Assembly (NCBI GenBank): GCA_035280145.1
Contig: DATEGL010000170.1
Coordinates: forward strand, 1 to 43,508
Reading direction: 5' to 3'
DNA length: 43,508 nucleotides
DNA from: Candidatus Dormiibacterota bacterium
GTDB taxonomy: Bacteria; Chloroflexota; Dormibacteria; Dormibacterales; Dormibacteraceae
Shown here: positions 9,350-18,685 of the stretch, in pieces
Layout: the number at the start of each line of letters is the position of its first letter
Numbering within the stretch: the stretch's first letter is position 1
Notes under the pieces: model-generated
What the model saw: the letters and a program-made list of their open reading frames with translations, nothing else
Told to the model about the DNA's origin: nothing
The model's database searches: none
Translations under genes and position numbers: made by a program

Positions 9350-10449
9350 GAGTAGAAGTCCTTGATGCCGGCGGCCACCTCGAGCACCTGGTCCTCGCCC
9401 AGCTCGTTGTTGAGGGGAAGCGAGAGCACCCGCGCGCACAGGTCCTCTGTCTTGGGCAGGTGAATGTGGGCGAGCCCCACCGGCTGCTTGTGGTTGGGTA
9501 CCGGACCGGGTGAAATCAGGGTCTCGATTCCCTTCGCGGCGAGATGCGCCGCGAGCTCGTCGCGGCAGTCGGCCTCGATGACATAGTTCTGATAGATGTC
9601 GAAGTAGGGTCCGCCGTCGGGGCCTGGGGGCCGCTTGATCGTGCCCACGTCCGCCAGCTCCTCGTCGTAGATGGCGGCCAGCCTGCGCCGCTGGTTGATC
9701 CACTCCGGGACTTTCTTCAGCTTGAGGTCCAGGATCGCGGCCTGGAGGTTGTCGAGCCGGCAGTTCCAACCCCAGCCGGAGAATCCGGTCTTGGAGATGC
9801 GCCCGTGATCGCGCAGCTCGCGCAACCGAGCGGCCAGCGCGGCGTCGCTGGTCACGACTGCGCCGGCGTCTCCGTACGCACCGAGCAGCTTTGCCGGATA
9901 GAAGCTGAACGCGCCGGCGAGGCCCCACGCCCCGCCCCGCGCTCCCAGGTAAGCGCCGCCGAGGGCCTGGGCGGCGTCCTCGATCACGAGCAGATCGTTT
10001 CGGCGCGCGATCTCCATGAGACGCTCCATCTGGACCAGGCGGCCGTTGAGATGCACAGGCATCATTGCCTTGGTGCGCGGCGTGATCGCCGCTTCGACCA
10101 GGTCGACGTTCATCACATGGTCCTCGCCGACGTCGACCAGGACCGGCGTCGCTCCCACCTGGTGGATGACGGCCATCGTCGCCATGAACGTGTGCGAGAC
10201 GGTGATCACCTCGTCGCCCGGTCCGATGCCGACCGCCTCGAGCAGGAGCCGCATGCCATCGGTGCAGTTGCTCACGCCAACCGCGTCTGTCGTGCCGACG
10301 AATGCCGCCAGGTTGTGCTCGAAATCAAGCATCTGCTGGCGCATGATCAAGTCGCCTTTCGTAAGTACGTCGCGCATCGTCGCCATGACCTCGTTCTCGA
10401 TGCGCAGAAATTCCTTGCCCGGCTCCCAGAACCTAACCGACACGGCCAT
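9346..10449 (-). CDS. DegT/DnrJ/EryC1/StrS-family PLP-dependent nucleotide-sugar aminotransferase
   Basis: 367 aa with family blocks VSNCTDGMRLLLEAVGIGPGDEVITVSHTFMAT, LLVIEDAAQALG and AFSFYPAKLLGAYGDAGAVVT. Confidence 0.85.
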   Translation of the reverse strand: MAVSVRFWEPGKEFLRIENEVMATMRDVLTKGDLIMRQQMLDFEHNLAAFVGTTDAVGVSNCTDGMRLLLEAVGIGPGDEVITVSHTFMATMAVIHQVGATPVLVDVGEDHVMNVDLVEAAITPRTKAMMPVHLNGRLVQMERLMEIARRNDLLVIEDAAQALGGAYLGARGGAWGLAGAFSFYPAKLLGAYGDAGAVVTSDAALAARLRELRDHGRISKTGFSGWGWNCRLDNLQAAILDLKLKKVPEWINQRRRLAAIYDEELADVGTIKRPPGPDGGPYFDIYQNYVIEADCRDELAAHLAAKGIETLISPGPVPNHKQPVGLAHIHLPKTEDLCARVLSLPLNNELGEDQVLEVAAGIKDFYS

Positions 10450-11374
10450 AGCTCCTCGTGATGACCTGCTGGATGGTTTTCAAGACGGAATCCTCGTCGA
10501 GACCGTGCATTGCTTTCAGGTAATTCTGATCCCCGACAGTTTTGTTGAACTCGGGCCGCAACCCGATCCTCTTGAGCGTCGCGTGTCCAGGTTCCAGTTC
10601 TGCCATCACCTCGGCGACCGCGCCGCCCAGCCCGCCCTCGACGCTGTGCTCTTCGAGGGTGAAAACGTAGCGCGTCTCAGCTGCGGCGCACGCCACGGCG
10701 TCGCGGTCGAGCGGCTTGATGGTGTGCATGCTCAACAGGCGCACGGCCAAGCCCTGGTCGCTCAGCCTGCGTGCCACCCTGTCGGCGGTCGCGAGCATCC
10801 CGCCCGACGCGATCAATGCCACATCCGATCCGTCGCGCACCGTGATCGCGCGGCCAAGAACGAAAGCCGGCTCGGCCTGATGCACCACCGGCTCGCCCGC
10901 CTTTCCCAGACGGAGGTAGAAAGGACCGTCCTGCGCCACGGCGGCACGTGTGGCGAGGCCTGCCTCGACCGGGTCGCCAGGCGACACGACGGTCATGTTT
11001 GGAAGAGCGCGCATGATCGCCACGTCCTCCGACGCGTGGTGGGTCACGCCGAGGTTGCCGTAAGCCAGACCTCCACCCACCGCGACGACCTTGACGTTGG
11101 CGCGGTGGTAGCAGACGTCGTTGCGAATCTGCTCGATGCAGCGCAGGGTCGCGAAGTTGCCGATGGAGTAGGTGAAGACGATCTTGCCCGTCAACGCCAT
11201 ACCGACGGCGAGGCCGATCATGTTCTGCTCCGACACGCCGGCGTTGACGAACTGATCAGGGTGCCTGGTGGCAAATTCTTCGATCACGGAGTAGCCAAGG
11301 TCGCCGACCACAAGGCACACGCGCTCGTCGCGGTCGGCCAGCTCGTTGAGGGCCTGGATGAATGCGGTCCTCAA
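10433..11374 (-). CDS. Transketolase-family protein, C-terminal (pyrimidine-binding) subunit
   Basis: DLGYS...FVNAGVSEQNMIGLAVGMALTGKIVFTYSIGNF... plus a C-terminal TK_C-like region. TTGA overlap with the N-terminal subunit gene. Confidence 0.8.
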   Translation of the reverse strand: MRTAFIQALNELADRDERVCLVVGDLGYSVIEEFATRHPDQFVNAGVSEQNMIGLAVGMALTGKIVFTYSIGNFATLRCIEQIRNDVCYHRANVKVVAVGGGLAYGNLGVTHHASEDVAIMRALPNMTVVSPGDPVEAGLATRAAVAQDGPFYLRLGKAGEPVVHQAEPAFVLGRAITVRDGSDVALIASGGMLATADRVARRLSDQGLAVRLLSMHTIKPLDRDAVACAAAETRYVFTLEEHSVEGGLGGAVAEVMAELEPGHATLKRIGLRPEFNKTVGDQNYLKAMHGLDEDSVLKTIQQVITRSYGRVG

Positions 11375-12204
11375 GAAGCCTCCACTTCAGCCAGCGCGGT
11401 GACCAGTTCGTCGGGCGACGGCGGCCGATAGTGCCACAGCACTTTGCCTTCCATCCAGCTCACGCCTTTGCCCTTGATCGTGTGGGCGATGATGGCGTTC
11501 GGCTTGCCGGTCTCCAGCGGCAGAGCGTCAAACGCCTCGCGAAGCACGTGCACGTCGTGTCCGTCAACCTCCCGGACAGCCCAACCAAACGCTCGGAACT
11601 TGTCCGCCAGTGGCTCGAGCCTGAGCGTCTTTTCGACGAAGTCGAGGCTCTGGATCTTGTTGTAGTCCAGCACGACGTTCAGGTTGTCGAGCCTGTGATG
11701 GCCGGCGAACAGGATTGCCTCCCAGTTGGAGCCTTCGTCACACTCGCCGTCGCTCATGACCACGAACACGCGCCACCCGGCTCCGCTGCGTTTGCCGGTC
11801 AGCGCCATGCCGGTGCCGACAGGCAGGCCGTGGCCGAGCGAACCGCTCGACATCTCGACCCCCGGCACGCCCCAGTGGGTCGCGTGGCCGTACAGCTGAC
11901 CGCCGTTGCGCGCGTACCCGCCCAGGTCTTCGACCGGAATGAAGCCTGCTTCTGCCATCGAGGCGTACAGGATCGCGGCGGCGTGGCCCTTTGACATGAT
12001 GAGCCGGTCGCGGTCGGGCCACTGGGGTCGTTTGGGATCGATGCGCAGCTCGGATCCGTAGAGCACGGCGAGGATATCGGCCACCGAAAGGCAGGAGCCG
12101 ATGTGCGACGTCCTGGCGGCGCTGATCATGCGCAGCGAGTGGCTGCGCAGCCGGCGCGCGAGCGCACGGAGGTCGTCGTCAGAGACATGCCGGTTGTCGG
12201 TCAC
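11371..12204 (-). CDS. Transketolase-family protein, N-terminal (ThDP-binding) subunit
   Basis: SHIGSCLSVADILAVLY, DRLIMSKGHAA, SGSLGHGLPVGTGMAL and VVMSDGECDEGSNWEA (ThDP/metal motif GDG-x-EG-x-N). Confidence 0.8.
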   Translation of the reverse strand: MTDNRHVSDDDLRALARRLRSHSLRMISAARTSHIGSCLSVADILAVLYGSELRIDPKRPQWPDRDRLIMSKGHAAAILYASMAEAGFIPVEDLGGYARNGGQLYGHATHWGVPGVEMSSGSLGHGLPVGTGMALTGKRSGAGWRVFVVMSDGECDEGSNWEAILFAGHHRLDNLNVVLDYNKIQSLDFVEKTLRLEPLADKFRAFGWAVREVDGHDVHVLREAFDALPLETGKPNAIIAHTIKGKGVSWMEGKVLWHYRPPSPDELVTALAEVEAS

Positions 12205-12959
12205 GGAATCCTCGCAAACGCGATGTAGGGGTCGAAGTCGACACGCTGCAGCTCCAGCTTGCCGATGCCGAGCGTGTCGAGCAGGGCGAGCGTCTCCCCC
12301 GGCCAGATTGGATTGTCGAGCTCATCGAAGGCCAGAATCGCTCCCTTGGGCATTCTCGGCACGAAAGCCTGCAAGGCAGACTTTGTGGGCTCGTAAAGGT
12401 CGAAGTCCAGGAACAGAAGGCTGACCACCAGGTGGGGATGCTCAGCCATGAAGCGGGGAATCGTCTCCAGCGCATCGCCTTTGATCAGCTCGACCTTTGG
12501 GATGTGGCCGAGGAAGCGATCCTTGTCGTACAGGCTGATGAGCTCCAGCAGCTCGGCGTACGAATCGGCGTGCAGACCTCCCGGCTCGGCCGTCTGCCAG
12601 CCCGGGCCGGTCTGGTCCTTCTCGCTCACGGCAGGAAAACCAGCGAAGCTGTCGAAGCCGTAGATCCGCCGCGTCAGGTTTACCGGCTCGAGAACAGCGC
12701 TGAGCTTGGCCCATGCCATCAGGCCGTAGCCGCGGTTCACCCCGCACTCCACGATCGAGCCCTTGACTTCGATGATCCGTTTGAAAATCTCGTACATCGC
12801 GAGCAAACGGGTGAGGTGCTGGCGGCGCACGTACTTCGGAAAGTTTTCGATCCGGACCTCGACCGGGTCGGGGCTGGCGTTGAAGATCTTCGCGATCTCC
12901 GGCCCGACCATCCGCTCCTGGTCGGTGCGCAGCGGCTTGGACTCCGTATTACGGGCCAT
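12201..12959 (-). CDS. TylF/macrocin-O-methyltransferase-family SAM-dependent sugar O-methyltransferase
   Basis: IVECGVNRGYG, FDSFAGFP, LLFLDFDLYEPT and AFDELDNPIWPGE match the TylF (Methyltransf_24) pattern. Confidence 0.75.
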   Translation of the reverse strand: MARNTESKPLRTDQERMVGPEIAKIFNASPDPVEVRIENFPKYVRRQHLTRLLAMYEIFKRIIEVKGSIVECGVNRGYGLMAWAKLSAVLEPVNLTRRIYGFDSFAGFPAVSEKDQTGPGWQTAEPGGLHADSYAELLELISLYDKDRFLGHIPKVELIKGDALETIPRFMAEHPHLVVSLLFLDFDLYEPTKSALQAFVPRMPKGAILAFDELDNPIWPGETLALLDTLGIGKLELQRVDFDPYIAFARIP

Positions 12960-14847
12960 CGGTCACCGGGCGGCCCTCTCGCGTGCGTGCGATGCGGGGC
13001 TCTTGTCGGGCGTGGGGTGGATGGTCGCCGGCGGCTGTCTTGAGAGTCCGGACCAGGTCATCGGTGCGACCTTCGCGCGCAAGCTCCTCGAGCCGGTTGA
13101 CCGTCCAGTCGAGGTCCTCTGGGCTGAAGCTCTGAGGCGAGACCACCTCCATGATCGCCGGGTGATCGGTCGGGCGCGAGCCTTCGTCCGGGCCAAGCAG
13201 CTCCTCGTGCAGCCGCTCGCCTGGGCGAAGTCCGGTGTAAACGATCTCGATATCGGGACCCGGACGCAGGCCTCGCGCGCGTACCAGGGCCTCGGCCAGG
13301 CTGACGATCTTCATCGGCTCCCCCATGTCGAGCATGTATACGTGGCCGGGCTTGGCGACGGTCAGCGTCTTGATCACGAGTGACACCGCCTCGCGGATTG
13401 TCATCATGTAGCGAGTCATCTCGGGGTGGGTGATCGTGACGGGGCCACCCTGCTCGATCTGCCGCTCGAACAGCGGGACCACGCTGCCCCGGCTGCCGAC
13501 GACGTTGCCGAACCGCACGGCCCAGCACGTCATCTCACCGCGCCACCCGAGGATCATCTGCTCGCACAGTCGCTTCGTGCATCCCATCACCGAGTGACGG
13601 GCCACGGCCTTGTCGGTCGAGACGAGGATGAAGCTCTTCACGCCGCCGGCTTCGGCGCACCGCAGTGTGTTGTAGGTGCCGATCACGTTGGTGACGACTG
13701 CCTGGGCGGGGTGCATCTCCATCATCGGCACGTGCTTGTAAGCGGCGGCGTGGAACACGACTTCAGGCCGCTCCTCGGCAAAGACCCGCAGCAGCTGCTC
13801 ACGGTCGGTGATCGAGATCAGCGCTTCGCGGACGTCGATCGAGCTGCCCATGCGCAGCTCCTCGGTGATGTCGAAGAGCCCGCTCTCGTTGTTGTCGAGC
13901 GCTACGAGCCGTCGGGGCTCCAGGCGCGCGAGCAGACGGCACAGCTCCGAGCCGATCGAGCCTGCGGCGCCGGTGACCAGCACGGTCTTGCCCGCAACCC
14001 GATCCCTCGCCTGCTCGATCTCAAGCTCGCGATGCGTCCGGCCCACCAGGTCATCGGCGGAAAGCTGGCGGAGTCTGGTGCCGTGCTGGCGGTGCATCCA
14101 GTGGTCGGCCGCGGGAACGATGAACAGAGGCAGGCCCGCCTGCAGGCAGGCGTCGAACATTTTCTTGTCGGCAGGCTGGGAATCACCGCTCAGGACGAAT
14201 GCAACTCCGTCGGCCTCGACCGACTTGAGGAGATGCGGCAGGTCGTCCGAGTGGCCGACGATTGGCACCCCGAGCACCGTGTGATTGAGCTGGCGCTGGT
14301 CGGTGGTCACGATGGCCACCGCCTGCCAATCCGCGCTTGGAGACTGGACAAGCTCCTTTACCGCAGGGTGCGAGGCGGAGCTGGCCACGATGAGCAGCCG
14401 GCTGCCCGTTGCGGGAGCGCGGGATAGCAAACGCGGCAGCAGGCGAAAGATCCCGATTCCCATCAGCGCTGCCGGTGCTGCCAGCAGCGGCACACCGATG
14501 CGGAACGCACGGTCGTCGCCGGGCAGGGCCCAGTTGGCCAGAAAGATGAGCAGAGCGGCCTCAGCGACCGCGAACGCGGTGGCGATCGCGTCATGTATGC
14601 CGGCGACTTTCCAGATCCGGCGGTACAGCTTGAAGTGTGCTTCGGCCGCGCCGAGGGCCAAAACGACGAACGCAACGGAGAGAACGAGGATCCTGCGCGA
14701 CTGGGCGGTGGTGATGATCCGGCCGCCGTAATTCAACTGCTGGAACGCCTCGAGTGCGACCCAGAAGATCACGACTTCGATCACGAAACCAGGCCCGTAG
14801 CGTTGCAAGTTGCGGACCTGGTGAACGAGCCAGGGGGCGACCGTCAC
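12949..14847 (-). CDS. Membrane-anchored CapD/PglF/WbpM-type nucleotide-sugar 4,6-dehydratase
   Basis: 632 aa. N-terminal TM segments, then the Rossmann motif KTVLVTGAAGSIGSELCRLL, AAYKHVPMME (YxxxK) and FILVSTDKAV. Confidence 0.85.
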   Translation of the reverse strand: MTVAPWLVHQVRNLQRYGPGFVIEVVIFWVALEAFQQLNYGGRIITTAQSRRILVLSVAFVVLALGAAEAHFKLYRRIWKVAGIHDAIATAFAVAEAALLIFLANWALPGDDRAFRIGVPLLAAPAALMGIGIFRLLPRLLSRAPATGSRLLIVASSASHPAVKELVQSPSADWQAVAIVTTDQRQLNHTVLGVPIVGHSDDLPHLLKSVEADGVAFVLSGDSQPADKKMFDACLQAGLPLFIVPAADHWMHRQHGTRLRQLSADDLVGRTHRELEIEQARDRVAGKTVLVTGAAGSIGSELCRLLARLEPRRLVALDNNESGLFDITEELRMGSSIDVREALISITDREQLLRVFAEERPEVVFHAAAYKHVPMMEMHPAQAVVTNVIGTYNTLRCAEAGGVKSFILVSTDKAVARHSVMGCTKRLCEQMILGWRGEMTCWAVRFGNVVGSRGSVVPLFERQIEQGGPVTITHPEMTRYMMTIREAVSLVIKTLTVAKPGHVYMLDMGEPMKIVSLAEALVRARGLRPGPDIEIVYTGLRPGERLHEELLGPDEGSRPTDHPAIMEVVSPQSFSPEDLDWTVNRLEELAREGRTDDLVRTLKTAAGDHPPHARQEPRIARTREGRPVTDGP

Positions 14848-14917
14848 CCTAAGAGTTTCGCAAATAGACCCCCCGGACCGGAAAACGGATGTACACCGCG
14901 CTCGCCGCTCGCTCTGG

Positions 14918-16204
14918 CTACCCCGGGCCTCCGGTCAGTGTCGCGTCGGCCTCTCGCAGGGGAGCCGCCTTGTGGGCCCGGGCCGGCGAGGTGATCAGAT
15001 ACACGTCGAAGAGCGTCAGGATCGCGAGGACATACAGCGCAGCATCGAATGCGAGCACCGCGGCGGCGTTCGGATTGGTGAGCGTGTTCAGCACCAACAG
15101 CGCCACCACGAAGCCCACAAATGAGATCAGCATGTTCCGCGCGTTCATCGGAAAGACGTGGCCCGCGTCGATCACGCTGCGGTGCGTGATGTAAATGCCC
15201 CACGGCACCGCTCCGATCAGGGTCAGCCTCAGCCAGGTGACCCCGCCGGCGAAGCTCGGCCCGAGGTAGATCGAAACGATCGGCGTGGCGAACAACTCGA
15301 AGAAGGCAACCGCAAACACGGTCCCGGCAAAGGTGAGACCGCCCACCTGCATGATCTGCGTGCGCAGCCGGGCCACGGAGCCGGCCGCGAACATGCGCGA
15401 GGCGGCGGGCAGGAGAACGAAGCTGATCGGCGTCAGGCCGGAGCCCACCATGCTGAGGGCGGCCACGCCGAAGGCGACGATGCCGGCGACGCGGATGTCC
15501 GCTGTATGCGCGACGAGCAGGCTCGGCATGGCAAACAGAGTCAGCTGGATGAAGTCGCCGGGAACACGCGGCACGCCAAATCGCGCGAGCTCGCGGATTC
15601 GCCCGGGGACTTGCGTGAAGCTCATGGGCAGACGGACCAGCGGAATCAGCGAGACGACGATCCAGCCCACGCCGATCGCGCTCATGATCTCGGCCACAGA
15701 GTGCCCGAAGAACTTGATGGCGATCAGCGGCATCAAACCCTGGTTGACGGCCATCAGGAGGTTGGCCCACTGGATCTTGGTCAGGCCGCGCAGGTATCCA
15801 TACGCGACCACGTGGAGCGCCCCACCGAGCAGGACCACCGGCATCGCCAGGACAAGGTCGTTGTAGGCGGGTGAACCAAAGAACAGGTGCGCCCAGAACC
15901 GGCTGAAGAGGAGCAGCACGGCCGAGACGATCCCGACGCCGGCGAACATGATCACCAGCCCGCCCGGGGCGTACGCCGCGAACCGCGATGATTTCTCGGC
16001 TGCGGCGTATGACACGTAGCGTGCGATGCCGACGTCGAGCCCGAGGACTCCCAGCGGAAGCAAAAGCGACAGAGTTCGCCGCGAAAGCGAATACTCACCG
16101 AAGCCCGCGGTGCCCATGCTCGAGGCAACCAGGCGGAACGCGAGCAGGTAGCAGGCGATCACGAAGCCTTCGGTGATGAAAGTGGTCACGTAATCGCGCC
16201 TCAT
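14918..16204 (-). CDS. Wzx-like oligosaccharide flippase (MOP/polysaccharide biosynthesis protein family)
   Basis: 428 aa, about 12 hydrophobic segments, and an N-terminus typical of the family (FITEGFVIACYLLAFRLVASSMGTAGFGEYSL). ATGA overlap with the GT4 gene. Confidence 0.65.
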   Translation of the reverse strand: MRRDYVTTFITEGFVIACYLLAFRLVASSMGTAGFGEYSLSRRTLSLLLPLGVLGLDVGIARYVSYAAAEKSSRFAAYAPGGLVIMFAGVGIVSAVLLLFSRFWAHLFFGSPAYNDLVLAMPVVLLGGALHVVAYGYLRGLTKIQWANLLMAVNQGLMPLIAIKFFGHSVAEIMSAIGVGWIVVSLIPLVRLPMSFTQVPGRIRELARFGVPRVPGDFIQLTLFAMPSLLVAHTADIRVAGIVAFGVAALSMVGSGLTPISFVLLPAASRMFAAGSVARLRTQIMQVGGLTFAGTVFAVAFFELFATPIVSIYLGPSFAGGVTWLRLTLIGAVPWGIYITHRSVIDAGHVFPMNARNMLISFVGFVVALLVLNTLTNPNAAAVLAFDAALYVLAILTLFDVYLITSPARAHKAAPLREADATLTGGPG

Positions 16205-17421
16205 CGCACAGGCTCCAGTGGCTGGAACGCATCGAGCATCCGATCCGCAAGCCTCGGGATGTTGTGGTGTTCGACCAGGTATTCGCGGCCTCGCCGGCCC
16301 ATGCGCATTCGCTCCTCGGGAGTCAGCGCCGCCAGCTTTTCGATCGCGTCGGCGACTAGCTCGGGTTTGCCGGGCGGAACGCTGAAACCGGCGTCGGCGT
16401 CGCGTACGGGGTCGTACGTCGAGTTGCCGAAGAAGATGATCGGGCGGCCGGCCGCCAGGTAGTCGGTCAGCTTGTTCAAACTGATCCCGAAACGATACAG
16501 GGGCAGGTCGCGCAAGCCGTAGATGAAAGCGTCGGCCTCACCCATCACGCGCGCCACCTCGCGCTTGGGGACTGACGGCCGGAAGTCGACGTTGGTTAAG
16601 CCCATCTTGCCCGCCCGGTCGATGATCGCCTCACGCTCCTGCCCAGAGCCGATCATCACGAACTTAATGTCCTTGCGGTCCCGGGCCTGGAGCACCGAGG
16701 CGCTGTCGAGGATCGTGTCAAGGGCGTTGGCGGCGACGAAACCGCCCAGGAACATGACACGAAAAGGTCGCCGGGGGGCGCCGTCGTAGGGGGCGAGGTC
16801 GTCATAGCGATCCAGCTCGACCCCGTGCGGGATCCAGACGATCTTGGAGCGCGGTACCCCCTGCGCCTCGACGTAGCCGTCGGTGTGCCGCCACAGCATC
16901 ACGATCCGCTCGGCATGGTGGAACAGAAATCGCTCGAGCCGGCGCATCGAGCGGGCAACCAGCCCATTCGGGTTGAGGCGGCCGAAGTCGATCAATGTCT
17001 CGGGCCACAGGTCGGTGACCTCGAAAAAGAAGCGAGCCCGCTTCGCGCCCGCCAGTGCGTACCCGCTGAGGGCGGCGAGCGGATGCACCGAGACACCGAC
17101 CACGATCTCCGGCCGTTCCCGCCGGAAGATTCCGGCTAGCAACGCGAGCATGCTGAATACGGCCATGTTCACGACGCGCCCGAGGTCGTTGCCGCGATAT
17201 GGAGTGCCCCTCACCCAGATATAGCGCACACCTTCGATGTCCTCCCCACGCCAGAGGCGCCAGCCGAGACGCCGCATGGGGCGGAGGTGGTAGTGGCTGA
17301 AGCTGCAGGCGAAAATGGTTGTCGGGTTTCCTTTGGCGACCATCCGTCGCGCGATGTCGAAGCTCCGCGTGGCCAGTCCGTCGGGTGGATCCGCGTAGTG
17401 ATTGACCATCCAGATCCGCAT
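16201..17421 (-). CDS. Glycosyltransferase family 4 (WbuB-like)
   Basis: MRIWMVNHYADPP N-terminus, and a C-terminal GT-B region with ADAFIYGL...LNKLTDYLAAGRPIIF. Confidence 0.8.
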   Translation of the reverse strand: MRIWMVNHYADPPDGLATRSFDIARRMVAKGNPTTIFACSFSHYHLRPMRRLGWRLWRGEDIEGVRYIWVRGTPYRGNDLGRVVNMAVFSMLALLAGIFRRERPEIVVGVSVHPLAALSGYALAGAKRARFFFEVTDLWPETLIDFGRLNPNGLVARSMRRLERFLFHHAERIVMLWRHTDGYVEAQGVPRSKIVWIPHGVELDRYDDLAPYDGAPRRPFRVMFLGGFVAANALDTILDSASVLQARDRKDIKFVMIGSGQEREAIIDRAGKMGLTNVDFRPSVPKREVARVMGEADAFIYGLRDLPLYRFGISLNKLTDYLAAGRPIIFFGNSTYDPVRDADAGFSVPPGKPELVADAIEKLAALTPEERMRMGRRGREYLVEHHNIPRLADRMLDAFQPLEPVR

Positions 17422-17440
17422 CGGACGGGTCGACCTTTCG

Positions 17441-18634
17441 CTACTGATGGGTCGAGATCGACTCCGTCACCTCGACTGCGCCGCGCACGAGATCGATGAG
17501 GATCGGGCTAACCTCGCGGAGGGCGGCGACGTCGAGGTCGCGGTGCTTGAGCGCGATCACCACCGCGTCGAATCGGTCTCCCCGCGGAAGCTCCCTGATC
17601 ACACTCACGTCGGCGGGGAGCTGCGCCGTGTCGACGATCGGGTCGAAGACGACGACGTCATGTTTGGCCGCGAGTCCTCGGGCGAAGGCGAGCGCCGCTG
17701 ATCCGCGGGGATCGGGGTAGTTCGGCTTGTAGGTGGCGCCGACGACGAGCACTCTGCCTCGGCTCACGCCGGCCGATCGGAGCAGACCGCGCAGCTCCTG
17801 GGACACCCCCTCCACGATCCTCTGGTTGCTCGCGACCGCGTCCTGCAGCATTGGCATCTCCAGGCCGTGTTGGTCCGCCGCCTGGAGCAGATAGCGCGGC
17901 ATCGTCGGGATGCATGTTCCCCCGGCGCCAACCCCCGGTTGATGTGCCATGAAAGCGAACGGTTTGGTGGATGCAGCGTCGATCACGTCAGCCGCGGTCA
18001 GGCCGACCCGCCGGCACAGCTCGGCGAACTCGTTGATGAACCCGATGTTCACCAGCCGGAACGCGTTCTCGAGCAGCTTCGACGCCTCGGCTACCTCGAC
18101 GGGATCGACCGGGTAGGTGACCACGCGCGCCTGGTTGTACATCTTGACCGCCATGTCGCGCGCCGCCAGGGTGAGGCCACCGACCACGCGGGGAATCTCG
18201 CCCAGGTCGGTGCCACGGCCAGGATCAAAACGTTCGGGCGCATGCGCGACAACCCGACCGTGTGGTCCGATGCGGGCGGCGAATTCTCGCGTGAAACCGA
18301 TCGGCACCGTGCTCGCGATGACCACGAGACGGTCGGCCACGGGCAGCGATTCGAGGTCGCCGGCGAACTGGTCGAAAGCCGCCATGCTGATCTCGAGCGA
18401 TGGCAGCAGATTGGGGAGACACAGGATCAGGGTCGAGCATCCGGCCAGGTCGCTGACGCGCGACGTCAGGACCGGCTTGAGGTCACTGGTCGCGTACCGG
18501 TGGCCGAGCTCCGAAACGCGCTCTTTCGAAATGTCGTATCCGACGGTGGTGTGACCCGTACGGTGCCACAGCGCAAGCTCCTGCGAACCAATTGTGCCGA
18601 GACCTACGATCCCAATCTGGGCAGGGGATGTCAC
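17441..18634 (-). CDS. UDP-glucose/GDP-mannose dehydrogenase-family nucleotide-sugar 6-dehydrogenase
   Basis: IGIVGLGTIGSQ dinucleotide fold; central AEASKLLENAFRLVNIGFINEFA; catalytic region GGTCIPTMP; C-terminal UDP-binding region LVVGATYKPN. Confidence 0.85.
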   Translation of the reverse strand: MTSPAQIGIVGLGTIGSQELALWHRTGHTTVGYDISKERVSELGHRYATSDLKPVLTSRVSDLAGCSTLILCLPNLLPSLEISMAAFDQFAGDLESLPVADRLVVIASTVPIGFTREFAARIGPHGRVVAHAPERFDPGRGTDLGEIPRVVGGLTLAARDMAVKMYNQARVVTYPVDPVEVAEASKLLENAFRLVNIGFINEFAELCRRVGLTAADVIDAASTKPFAFMAHQPGVGAGGTCIPTMPRYLLQAADQHGLEMPMLQDAVASNQRIVEGVSQELRGLLRSAGVSRGRVLVVGATYKPNYPDPRGSAALAFARGLAAKHDVVVFDPIVDTAQLPADVSVIRELPRGDRFDAVVIALKHRDLDVAALREVSPILIDLVRGAVEVTESISTHQ

Positions 18635-18685
18635 CTGGCCTAATAAAGTATCAGGCCCCTCCTCCCGATCCAGGGAGTGGCTCGC

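Noticed and set aside
9350-9928. N-terminal extensions offered by the ORF track (8741-9928, 27882-28313, 34898-35392, 36720-36848, 33322-33426, 22074-22196)
   Set aside because: In each case the extension is out-of-frame overlap with the upstream gene. Family-typical N-termini begin at an internal start that forms a stop/start overlap or a short gap.
10016-11431. 471-aa plus-strand ORF antisense to the aminotransferase and transketolase genes
   Set aside because: The R/A/G/P/H-rich low-complexity translation has no recognisable motifs, while the opposite strand encodes clear family signatures. This is the typical shadow ORF of GC-rich DNA.
14844-15770. 308-aa alternative-frame ORF within the flippase gene, and the analogous 386-aa ORF at 30157-31317 within the GT-C gene
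   Set aside because: The hydrophobic multi-TM frames are the plausible products. The alternative frames are Arg/Pro-rich.
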